NCBI RefSeq assembly: GCF_002896855.1
Contig: NZ_CP021850.1
Coordinates: forward strand, 209,665-273,664
Length of the DNA stretch: 64,000 nt
Direction: 5' to 3'
Source: Clostridium thermosuccinogenes
GTDB lineage: Bacteria; Bacillota; Clostridia; Acetivibrionales; DSM-5807
Below, piece after piece: positions 9,985-18,328 of this stretch (within the stretch, counting starts at the first letter, position 1; the number at the start of each line of letters is the position of its first letter). The position numbers and the translations under genes were made by a program. Below the pieces are notes generated by a model that was not told the origin of the DNA, ran no database searches, and worked only from the letters and a program-made list of their open reading frames with translations.

Positions 9985-10854
9985 TTGGTCTTTTTATATT
10001 GCGCGGGCAGTCGGATTGCGAAACCGCCAAAATGGCTGGCAGCCTGCGATCTGAATTTTACCGATGGAGAGGATAAATTGCAAGTACGGATATATGACAA
10101 TGAGAGGGTTGACGACCTGCAGTACAAGGGTTTGAAACTCATACAGAAGAAGGACGGCTTTTGTTTTGGTGTGGATGCAGTCCTTCTGGCAAACTTTGCC
10201 GACGTAAAAAGGGGTGCGGAAGTCATTGACCTTGGGACAGGTACAGGAATAATACCGGTATTGATAGCCGGCAAGACCGAAGCCCGCCATGTAACAGGCT
10301 TGGAAATACAGGAAGAGATGGCCGAAATGGCATCCAGAAGCGTATCCATGAACGGGCTGGAGGAAAGGGTGAAAATTGTATGCGGGGATATCAGAAACCA
10401 CTCCAGGCTCTTTGGATCTTCTACTTTCGATGTTGTGGTGACCAACCCTCCATATATGAACCAGGGTGGTGGTCTTATAAATTTGTCGGATACCAAGGCC
10501 ATTGCAAGGCATGAGATTTTGTGCACCCTGGAGGATGTGATAAGCGCAGCAAGCAAGCTTTTAAAGCCCGGAGGGCAGATGGCTATGGTTCACAGGCCTG
10601 AACGCCTGGTGGATATCCTTTGCCTTATGCGAAATTATAAAATCGAGCCTAAATACATAAGGTTTGTTCATCCTTCACCTTATAAAAAGGCAAACCTGCT
10701 TCTAATTAAAGGTTCAAAAGGCGGAAGGCCACAGCTTAAAATGATGGATCCCCTGTATATTTATGATGAAAAGGGGAATTACTCCGAAGAGATAAACAGA
10801 ATTTACTGCAGGGGTATGGAGAACTCATGGGGAGATGGAAAGCATGGAAATTAA
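9985..10854 (+). CDS. tRNA1(Val) (adenine37-N6)-methyltransferase-like class I SAM MTase (YabB/YfiC family)
   Basis: VIDLGTGTGIIP SAM motif and NPPY catalytic motif; the start is uncertain (TTG 9985 or TTG ~10078 before QVRIYDNERVDDL). Confidence 0.75.
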   Translation: MVFLYCAGSRIAKPPKWLAACDLNFTDGEDKLQVRIYDNERVDDLQYKGLKLIQKKDGFCFGVDAVLLANFADVKRGAEVIDLGTGTGIIPVLIAGKTEARHVTGLEIQEEMAEMASRSVSMNGLEERVKIVCGDIRNHSRLFGSSTFDVVVTNPPYMNQGGGLINLSDTKAIARHEILCTLEDVISAASKLLKPGGQMAMVHRPERLVDILCLMRNYKIEPKYIRFVHPSPYKKANLLLIKGSKGGRPQLKMMDPLYIYDEKGNYSEEINRIYCRGMENSWGDGKHGN

Positions 10855-11704
10855 AACGGATTCGGCGGAAAAAGGCATGCTGTATCTTGTATCTACGCCT
10901 ATAGGAAATCTTGAGGATATAACCTTAAGAGCCCTGCGGATACTGAAGGAAGTTGACCTGGTGGCCGCAGAGGATACAAGGCAGACGCTGAAGCTCCTGA
11001 ATCATTTTGAAATAAAAAAGCCGCTGGTAAGCTATTATGAGCATAACAAGATTGAAAAGGGAAACCAGTTGATCCGGCAGATGTTGGAGGGAAAAAATAT
11101 TGCACTGGTATCCGATGCCGGCACCCCGGGTATTTCGGACCCGGGTGAGGACCTTGTCAGGCTGGCGATAGAAAATGGTATTGAAGTAACTGCCGTTCCC
11201 GGACCGGTGGCTGCGGTGACTGGTTTGATCACATCGGGACTGCCTACAGGGCGTTTTGTTTTTGAGGGATTTCTTCCGATGAACAAAAGGGTGAGAAAGG
11301 AACATCTTAAAAATCTGGTGGGTGAGACAAGGACAATTATTTTTTACGAGGCTCCCCATAAGCTGATTTACACCCTTAAGGATCTTTATGAGGTGCTGGG
11401 GAACCGTAGGATCGTTCTGGCCCGGGAACTCACCAAAAGATTTGAGGAAAAGCTGCGGATGACCCTTGAGGAAGCAATACGAAAATATGAGGAGGAATCT
11501 CCCAAGGGTGAATTCGTTTTGATATTGGAAGGAGCTTCCGAGGAAGAGCTAAAGCAGCAGCAACGCAACAAATGGGAGGACATGGGCATCGCAGAACATG
11601 TTGAGATGTATATGGAACAGGGCATGAGCAAAAAGGAAGCTATGAAAAAAGCTGCTGAGGACAGGGGTATAAGCAAAAGGGATATATATAACAGCCTATT
11701 GTGA
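10835..11704 (+). CDS. rsmI: 16S rRNA (cytidine1402-2'-O)-methyltransferase
   Basis: GMLYLVSTPIGNLEDITLRAL tetrapyrrole-methylase fold start; 289 aa; overlaps the upstream MTase gene by 20 nt. Confidence 0.9.
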   Translation: MESMEIKTDSAEKGMLYLVSTPIGNLEDITLRALRILKEVDLVAAEDTRQTLKLLNHFEIKKPLVSYYEHNKIEKGNQLIRQMLEGKNIALVSDAGTPGISDPGEDLVRLAIENGIEVTAVPGPVAAVTGLITSGLPTGRFVFEGFLPMNKRVRKEHLKNLVGETRTIIFYEAPHKLIYTLKDLYEVLGNRRIVLARELTKRFEEKLRMTLEEAIRKYEEESPKGEFVLILEGASEEELKQQQRNKWEDMGIAEHVEMYMEQGMSKKEAMKKAAEDRGISKRDIYNSLL

Positions 11705-11844
11705 CCCAAAGGCCGGAAACCAGGTCTTTATCACAGGGTGAGCCCATATTTGAGCAAATTGAAAAGGGATCTGGAAACCAGACCCCTGAATATATATCTC
11801 TCTATCTGTCTTTTTCTATCTTTTTTTCTATCTTTCTTTCTGTC

Positions 11845-12084
11845 TTATTTCTTCAATTCTTTCATGCAGTTAGGGCAAATGTTCTTTCCTTTGTAAACGG
11901 TTACGTCTTTAGCGTCACCGCAGAATATACATGCGGGTTCATATTTCTTAAGGATAATGGTAGAACCATCAACGTATATTTCCAATGCATCCTTTTCAGC
12001 AATATCAAGAGTTCTCCTCAACTCGATGGGAAGTACAACTCTGCCTAATTCATCAACTTTTCTAACTATACCAGTAGATTTCAT
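11845..12084 (-). CDS. abrB: AbrB-family transition-state regulator N-domain fused to a C-terminal C4 zinc ribbon
   Basis: the first 50 aa are nearly identical to the B. subtilis AbrB swapped-hairpin domain (MKSTGIVRKVDELGRVV.PIELRRTL.IAEKDALEIYVD); the C-terminus carries CIFC...CPNC instead of the AbrB C-domain. Confidence 0.85.
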   Translation of the reverse strand: MKSTGIVRKVDELGRVVLPIELRRTLDIAEKDALEIYVDGSTIILKKYEPACIFCGDAKDVTVYKGKNICPNCMKELKK

Positions 12085-12690
12085 AAATATCTCCTCCTAA
12101 TTTGTAACAGTATTCGACAAACTTTCTATAAATATAGTACCATATATTCCAATAAACGTCAACAATATTTTAAAAAAAATTCAAAATAATGTTATTAACA
12201 TAAATTTCGAAAAATGACGCAATGCGCCCAAATGCCACAGAAATCGGACTTAATGTAAAATATCCCTGCGAGACTGTCAGAATTGGGAAGATACTATAGA
12301 CTATCCTATGGTTAATGAAGGATATAATCGCGTAAAGAATTGCTGAATTTCGAACAATTTCGACATCTCGCATATCCTTAGCTTTACAGAAAGATTTAAA
12401 CCTTTAACAACAAAGCAGAACTAGATAGCGTGTCAGAGGCATATCAAGTCAGTAGTATATCAAGTAAGAAGTGTATCAAGTTAGATGCTTATCAAGTTCA
12501 GAAAGTTAGAGTAATTAAGACTGACTTGACTTGGAAAGGACAGTAGTAACCGTTAGAATGCAGAGATCAATTCAGCTTTTGAGAAAAGTTTGCCACACCT
12601 CGTGGAAACAAGCGGTATAGTTGAATGCTGCCTTTCATATACATAGAACAAAGCTTTTGTGAAGTGGGGATAATCATTGCCATGCTAAAT

Positions 12691-13275
12691 TATGTCTGGA
12701 TGGGAATGTTGGTAATAGGTTTTTTTGTAGGGATATTGAACGGAAGGGTGGAAGAGGTCACCAAAGCTGCCATAAATTCAGCGGGTAAGGCGGTAGAGCT
12801 GGGCATTGGTCTTTTGGGCATAATGTGCCTCTGGACGGGATTGATGAATATAGCAGAAAAAAGCGGAATGATGCAGTATATATCCAGGGCCTTGAAGCCC
12901 GTACTGAAGTTTCTTTTTCCCGACATCCCCGAAAAGCATCCTGCAATGGGTGCGATAGTGATGAATCTTGCGGCTAATTTCCTGGGGTTGGGCAATGCCG
13001 CAACGCCGCTGGGACTAAAGGCCATGAGCGAACTGCAGAAGCTTAACCGACACAAGGATACTGCCACTGATTCCATGTGCATGTTTCTGGTGCTGAACAC
13101 GGCGGCAATACAACTGATACCGGCAACAGTCATAGCCATACGTACAAAGTTCAATTCGCAAAACCCTGAGGAAATCATAGGCACGGTGTGGATTGCATCC
13201 ATATGTGCTACCATAGCAGGCATTATAGCAGCGAAGGTTTTATCGGCAGTGCGCAGCAAGGGCAGGAGGGCGTAG
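12691..13275 (+). CDS. spmA: spore maturation protein A (nucleoside-recognition domain membrane protein)
   Basis: MLNYVWMGMLVIGF start typical of SpmA; the start is moved in from 12625. Confidence 0.8.
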   Translation, partial: YVWMGMLVIGFFVGILNGRVEEVTKAAINSAGKAVELGIGLLGIMCLWTGLMNIAEKSGMMQYISRALKPVLKFLFPDIPEKHPAMGAIVMNLAANFLGLGNAATPLGLKAMSELQKLNRHKDTATDSMCMFLVLNTAAIQLIPATVIAIRTKFNSQNPEEIIGTVWIASICATIAGIIAAKVLSAVRSKGRRA

Positions 13276-13282
13276 TGCGGAT

Positions 13283-13816
13283 ATGGAAGCAGTGAAAATA
13301 GTTTCATCCTATGCAATACCCGGGATATTCCTTGTGATTTTGGGGGTAGGAGTTTACAGGGATGTAAAAGTCTTTGATGTTTTTGTAGACGGAGCGAAGG
13401 AAGGCGTCGCTACGGTAGTGAGGATAATTCCCTCCCTGGTGGGTCTTATGGTCGCAGTGGGAGTATTCCGCGCATCTGGAGCCCTGGACCTTTTGATATA
13501 CGCTACCCGTCCTGTGGCATCCTTTCTTGGCATTCCATCGGAGGCAATGCCCCTTGCCTTTATGAGGCCAATTTCGGGAAGCGCCTCCCTGGCATTGGTT
13601 TCCGACATTATAGAAGCCAATGGTCCGGATTCCTTTGTCGGAAGGGTTGTTTCCACCATGATGGGCTCCACGGAAACTATATTCTACACCCTTACGGTAT
13701 ACTTCGGATCGGTGGGCATAAAGAACATAAGGTATACCCTGGTGGCAGCCTTGATAGCCGACACCGTGAGCATCATCGCATCTGTCCTCGCCTGCTGGAT
13801 GGTATTCGGAATGTAA
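13283..13816 (+). CDS. spmB: spore maturation protein B
   Basis: 177-aa polytopic membrane protein directly after spmA; the spmA/spmB gene pair is conserved. Confidence 0.8.
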   Translation: MEAVKIVSSYAIPGIFLVILGVGVYRDVKVFDVFVDGAKEGVATVVRIIPSLVGLMVAVGVFRASGALDLLIYATRPVASFLGIPSEAMPLAFMRPISGSASLALVSDIIEANGPDSFVGRVVSTMMGSTETIFYTLTVYFGSVGIKNIRYTLVAALIADTVSIIASVLACWMVFGM

Positions 13817-13831
13817 AACAAAGCGTCTTTA

Positions 13832-14671
13832 TCAATACAGCCCTCGTTTTTTCATTCTCCATTCTCCCGGTGCCATGCCGGTCTGTTTTTTAAATGCTTT
13901 ATAGAATACCGACAAATCGCCATATCCGATGCTGCCGGCGATGGACGAAAGGGTGTAATCGGTATTTGCCAGCAGCTCTTTTGCTTTTTCAATCCTGAGG
14001 TGCTGCAAATACTGCCATGGGGTTATCCCGGCATACTGCTTCATCTTGCGGGTAAGATAGTCCTCCGTGAAATGAAATCTGTCAGATAATTCTTTGCAGG
14101 TAACAGGTTTGTTATAGTTTTTGGCAAGATACTCCATCATTTGGTTGATAATGCTCTGAATGTGGTCCGTATTTGGGCGGGCCGTATCTGTAAGGCAGTT
14201 AAGTATATTAAGAAAAACCGCCTGCTTTCCCAATATGTCTGAAGGAGACCTTTTTGAAAAATGCTCCAGCTGCTCAAACATTGGTTTGAAAAACTGAGGG
14301 TCAAAATTCCCTCGGATTGGGAGCGAAAGGGTTGCAGGCTTTCCTTTGAACTCTATTCTGCTTTGGAGCATGCTTTCTTTGCTTGGACCTGCCTGTCCCG
14401 ACGCTTTGAAATGGATATAGTAGTATTTGGGGGCAGGGCTGCCCTTTAAACCTTCCTGTTTAAGTCCCGGAATCTGCATATACCATTGGCCAGGCTTTAC
14501 TTCTATGTGACAATTGTCCTCGGTGAAATAAAGCTCGCGCTCCAGCATGAATATGAGCACAAAATCCTTGCATATGCGCGTGACATGCTTCTCTCCTTCA
14601 TTGAAATGGCGGTAACTGCTTATGAGATATTCAGGCCATGGAGGTATATCAAAAATGAAAGATTCTGCCAT
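13832..14671 (-). CDS. AraC family transcriptional regulator
   Basis: C-terminal double HTH (KELSDRFHFTEDYLTRKMKQYAGITPWQYLQHLRIEKAKELL); start trimmed to MAESFIF; divergent from the GH127 gene. Confidence 0.8.
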   Translation of the reverse strand: MAESFIFDIPPWPEYLISSYRHFNEGEKHVTRICKDFVLIFMLERELYFTEDNCHIEVKPGQWYMQIPGLKQEGLKGSPAPKYYYIHFKASGQAGPSKESMLQSRIEFKGKPATLSLPIRGNFDPQFFKPMFEQLEHFSKRSPSDILGKQAVFLNILNCLTDTARPNTDHIQSIINQMMEYLAKNYNKPVTCKELSDRFHFTEDYLTRKMKQYAGITPWQYLQHLRIEKAKELLANTDYTLSSIAGSIGYGDLSVFYKAFKKQTGMAPGEWRMKKRGLY

Positions 14672-14816
14672 AATCCACCCTTTTGTTCGGTTTTTGCATA
14701 TTTCAAGTATCTTATTGCAATATGCTATCTTTATTTTAACTGATAAAATTATATTTGCATAGTCAACAGACATTAATAGATGTTCGATATTTGAAATATG
14801 AGAATGGAGGGGTTAA

Positions 14817-16691
14817 ATGAAATCAGCATTGCGCAAACCGGCATTTACATTTTTAAAAACGGAAGAGATCAGACCTGAAGGCTGGCTGCTGAACCAGCTC
14901 AAGATACAGGCTGCCGGTCTTTCCGGCAATCTTGACAAATTTTGGCGTGATATAAAGGACAGCAAGTGGATAGGAGGATCTGCCGACGGTTGGGAACGTG
15001 TTCCCTATTGGTTGGATGGATTTATTCCTCTGGCCTGGCTGCTGGATGACGAAGATATGAAGGCCAGAGCCAACAAATATATCAATTATATTCTTGACCA
15101 TCAGCAACCCGACGGATGGCTCTGTCCCGTAAGCGATTCCAATCGTTCAACCTACGACATGTGGGCTTATTTCCTTATTCTCAAAGTCCTGGTGGTATAC
15201 CATGATGCCACCGGAGACCAACGCATCGAGAATGCCGTGCGTAAAGCGCTTATCGCTCTGGACAGACATATAGACAACAATACTCTTTTCGGTTGGGGAC
15301 AAATGCGTTGGTTTGAATGCCTCATACCGCTGCTCTGGCTATATGACAGGACGGGCGAGGAATGGCTGATAAATCTTGCTTCAAAAATCCATTCCCAGGG
15401 TTTTGACTGGCAGTCCTTCTTCAAAATATGGCCTTACAGAAAGCCGGACCCCAAAGGACGCTGGAGCCAGATGAGCCATGTGGTAAATAATGCAATGATG
15501 CTGAAATCGGGGGCTTTGCTGTGGAGATTTACCGGTTCCCAGGATGATTTGCAAAGCGCCGAAAATATGGTGAGTCTTCTGGACGAATATCATGGCATGG
15601 TGACAGGGGTGTTCTCCGGTGACGAATGCCTTAATGGAAAAAGTCCCATTCAAGGTACAGAATTATGCGCAGTTGCTGAATACATGTATTCTCTGGAGCA
15701 CCTGCTCTCCATTACCGGATGCTCCGCATGGGGAGACCGTTTGGAGAAAATCACCTTCAATGCCCTGCCGGCCACTTTCAGCCCCGACATGTGGACCCAT
15801 CAGTATGACCAGCAGGTAAATCAGATAGAATGCAGTTATCAGGAGAATCCTGTTTTCGGCACTAATGGAGGATATTCCAACACTTTCGGCCTGGAGCCCA
15901 ACTTCGGATGCTGTACTGCGAACTTGAACCAGGCATGGCCTAAATTTGCCCATTCTACCTTCATGCGCAGCGATGATGGATTGGTTGCGGCGGTCTATGC
16001 TCCCTGCACCGTAAATACCAAAATAAAGGATGCCAATGTGTCGGTAACCCTGGAAACCGGATATCCTTTCCGGGATACCCTGAAATTTAAGGTTGTAACC
16101 GACAGGGAAGTGGATTTCGCATTACATTTAAGGATTCCTGAATGGGCTTGCGACGCTGTAATAGAGCTGGATGATTCCAGCATCTCACCGCAGAAAGGAG
16201 CTTTTTATAAGCTTAGCCGCAGATGGTCGGGAGAAACGGTGTTCACCCTTCGCCTTCCGATGAAGCCACAGCTGGTGCAGCGTCCTAATGACCTGTATGC
16301 CGTCACCCGCGGCCCATTGGTATATTCTCTGGCTATAGGCGAGCGCTGGGTGCGGATCAACGAGGACGTCCCCGGGCATGAGTTTCCTCACTGCGATTAT
16401 GAAATATATCCCACAACGCCTTGGAATTACGGTTTTTATCTTAGCAAAACCGATCCGGAATCCGGTTTGGTCTTTGAGGAGCATCCGATAGGGGATTGTC
16501 CTTTCTCACCAGAAGGTGCGCCGGTTTCCGTCCGTGTCCCGGGAAGAAAGGTGGACTGGAGCAAGGAGGGCAATTCTGCGGCTCCTTTCCCGGCAATGAG
16601 TTGGATTGCCGATGAAACCGAAACGCTGAAGCTTATTCCTTATGGATGCACTAATCTCCGCTTGACGGAGCTTCCCTGGATAAAATATTGA
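14817..16691 (+). CDS. glycoside hydrolase family 127 (beta-L-arabinofuranosidase-like, DUF1680)
   Basis: 624 aa with a length and cysteine pattern (GCCTANL) resembling HypBA1-type GH127. Confidence 0.75.
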   Translation: MKSALRKPAFTFLKTEEIRPEGWLLNQLKIQAAGLSGNLDKFWRDIKDSKWIGGSADGWERVPYWLDGFIPLAWLLDDEDMKARANKYINYILDHQQPDGWLCPVSDSNRSTYDMWAYFLILKVLVVYHDATGDQRIENAVRKALIALDRHIDNNTLFGWGQMRWFECLIPLLWLYDRTGEEWLINLASKIHSQGFDWQSFFKIWPYRKPDPKGRWSQMSHVVNNAMMLKSGALLWRFTGSQDDLQSAENMVSLLDEYHGMVTGVFSGDECLNGKSPIQGTELCAVAEYMYSLEHLLSITGCSAWGDRLEKITFNALPATFSPDMWTHQYDQQVNQIECSYQENPVFGTNGGYSNTFGLEPNFGCCTANLNQAWPKFAHSTFMRSDDGLVAAVYAPCTVNTKIKDANVSVTLETGYPFRDTLKFKVVTDREVDFALHLRIPEWACDAVIELDDSSISPQKGAFYKLSRRWSGETVFTLRLPMKPQLVQRPNDLYAVTRGPLVYSLAIGERWVRINEDVPGHEFPHCDYEIYPTTPWNYGFYLSKTDPESGLVFEEHPIGDCPFSPEGAPVSVRVPGRKVDWSKEGNSAAPFPAMSWIADETETLKLIPYGCTNLRLTELPWIKY

Positions 16692-16812
16692 TTCAGGAGC
16701 AAAAGCGGCCCTGTTCTGGCCAAAAGTTGATTGAATATGGGGGAGAAGAACAAAGGCCAGAACTTGACGCTTTCATAATAAATATTATTTTAGATTAATG
16801 AGTTTATATGCC

Positions 16813-16846
16813 GGCACCTGCCAATATGACAGGTGCCTCCTTTTTT
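16813..16846 (+). terminator. rho-independent terminator
   Basis: GGCACCTG-ccaatatga-CAGGTGCC followed by TCCTTTTTT, downstream of the GH127 gene. Confidence 0.7.
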
Positions 16847-16983
16847 ACTGCCTGTTGTTCATTGGGACAACATCGGTGTTATATGTTGGAGAAGTATTGG
16901 ACAGAATAAACCTGACGGCAGGTTTTTTAACCCTGCAAAAAACAGGTAAAGGACGATGTTTGTTGACAGTAGTACAAGAAAAA

Positions 16984-17964
16984 ATGGTATCAGAGCTCAA
17001 AAGCATTAAGTTTAATACAAGCAAGCTGGTGGGCATTGAAAGAGTAGAGCAGGAGCTGCTCAATGCCTTATCGGACAGCGAAGGAACCATAAGGGAAATG
17101 TGCATGCACATCCTTAATGCCGGGGGAAAAAGAGTGAGGCCAATGCTGGTGATGTACAGCGGCCTTATCTTTTCCCGGAACATAGACAATATCCTCAATG
17201 CCGCTGTAGCTGCAGAGCTTATTCACATGGCCTCTTTAGTGCATGATGATATAATTGACAACTCCTATCTCAGAAGGAGCAAGCCTTCGGTAAATAAAAT
17301 GTGGGGAACCCATTTTGCGGTTCTATGCGGTGATTATCTTTTTGCCAAGGCTTTCGGCATATTATCCGGCAAAAGGCTGACAAAAAGCATGGATTATATG
17401 GTTGAAGCCATACAAAATATGTGCCATGGTGAGATATTGCAGGCAGAAAGCAGGTTTAACCATGATATCAGCCTGGAAGAGTATTATGAGCTCATATCCA
17501 AGAAAACTGCCATATTTATAAAATGCTGCTGCGAATCAGGAGCTTGTGCCGGTGGTGCCGGAAAAGCTCATCTGAGAGCTATAAGCGGATACGGTCTTAA
17601 TCTTGGACTGGCTTTCCAGATAATTGATGATATACTGGATTTTTGTGGTGATGTCGATGTCATGGGAAAGCCCAGGGGGGAAGATTTAAAGCAGGGCAGC
17701 ATTACCATGCCTTTAATATATTTGATGAGGGATGGCAACCATAGAGCCAGGATTAAAGAGATATTGGCGGAGGAGAAAATAACCGACCAGCATATGGAGG
17801 AAATCGCCGGAATACTGGAGAAATCAGGCGTGATAAAAAAATCCTTCGATGTTGCCCGTACCCATATTGAAAAAGCCCAACGATACCTGGAACTGCTGCC
17901 GGAGTCGCCTTACGTCGATCTTCTGAATGAGATGGCAGAAATGCTTAAGTCAAGAGCGAATTAG
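16984..17964 (+). CDS. trans-polyprenyl diphosphate synthase (HepT-like, heptaprenyl diphosphate synthase component II family)
   Basis: FARM LVHDDIIDNSYLRR and SARM FQIIDDILDF motifs; the start moved to ATG 16984 because the longer ORF crosses the upstream terminator. Confidence 0.85.
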   Translation: MVSELKSIKFNTSKLVGIERVEQELLNALSDSEGTIREMCMHILNAGGKRVRPMLVMYSGLIFSRNIDNILNAAVAAELIHMASLVHDDIIDNSYLRRSKPSVNKMWGTHFAVLCGDYLFAKAFGILSGKRLTKSMDYMVEAIQNMCHGEILQAESRFNHDISLEEYYELISKKTAIFIKCCCESGACAGGAGKAHLRAISGYGLNLGLAFQIIDDILDFCGDVDVMGKPRGEDLKQGSITMPLIYLMRDGNHRARIKEILAEEKITDQHMEEIAGILEKSGVIKKSFDVARTHIEKAQRYLELLPESPYVDLLNEMAEMLKSRAN

Positions 17965-18328
17965 CATAGTGCTTTAATATAAAGCTGACCTGAAAATAAT
18001 CAGATGACCAGCCAAGTGTGCTTCCAAGTAACAATCAAATAAAATTCCAAGGGAACAGCTAAATGGACAGCCAAGCAAAACCGAATGAACAGCTGAATAA
18101 ACAACCAAGTGAACAACTTAAAATCAACTAAGAAGCAAATAAGCATGCAACTAAGCAAACGGCCAAGTAAGAAGTTTTAATAAGCAGTTAATAAAGCTAT
18201 AAAAAGAATTTAGCAATTAAGCAAGCAAGGGATTGTTTTGTGAAGGATTAAAATCACATATCATATTTCCTGTAAGAGCAGGACTGCCGGAATCCCTTGA
18301 ATTCCTGTTACAAAGCTATCCGTGCAGC

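Noticed and set aside
9846-10556. 236-aa and 172-aa minus-strand ORFs antisense to the YabB-like methyltransferase gene
   Set aside because: They lie fully inside a well-supported plus-strand gene with conserved SAM and NPPY motifs and have no RBS, so they are typical antisense artefacts. The same reasoning applies to 12690..13316, 24565..25209, 27177..28080, 32040..32786, 38885..39460 and 43080..44102.
12560-12690. SigF/SigG-type forespore promoter for spmA
   Set aside because: Candidate -35 GTATA and -10 CATATAC elements were considered, but they fit the GNATR / CATNNTA consensus poorly and are not reported as a feature.
16798-16983. Longer N-terminal extension of the polyprenyl synthase (ORF-track start 16798)
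   Set aside because: The extension crosses the GH127 intrinsic terminator (16813..16846) and adds a non-homologous Cys/Leu-rich segment. ATG 16984 gives a standard-length enzyme.
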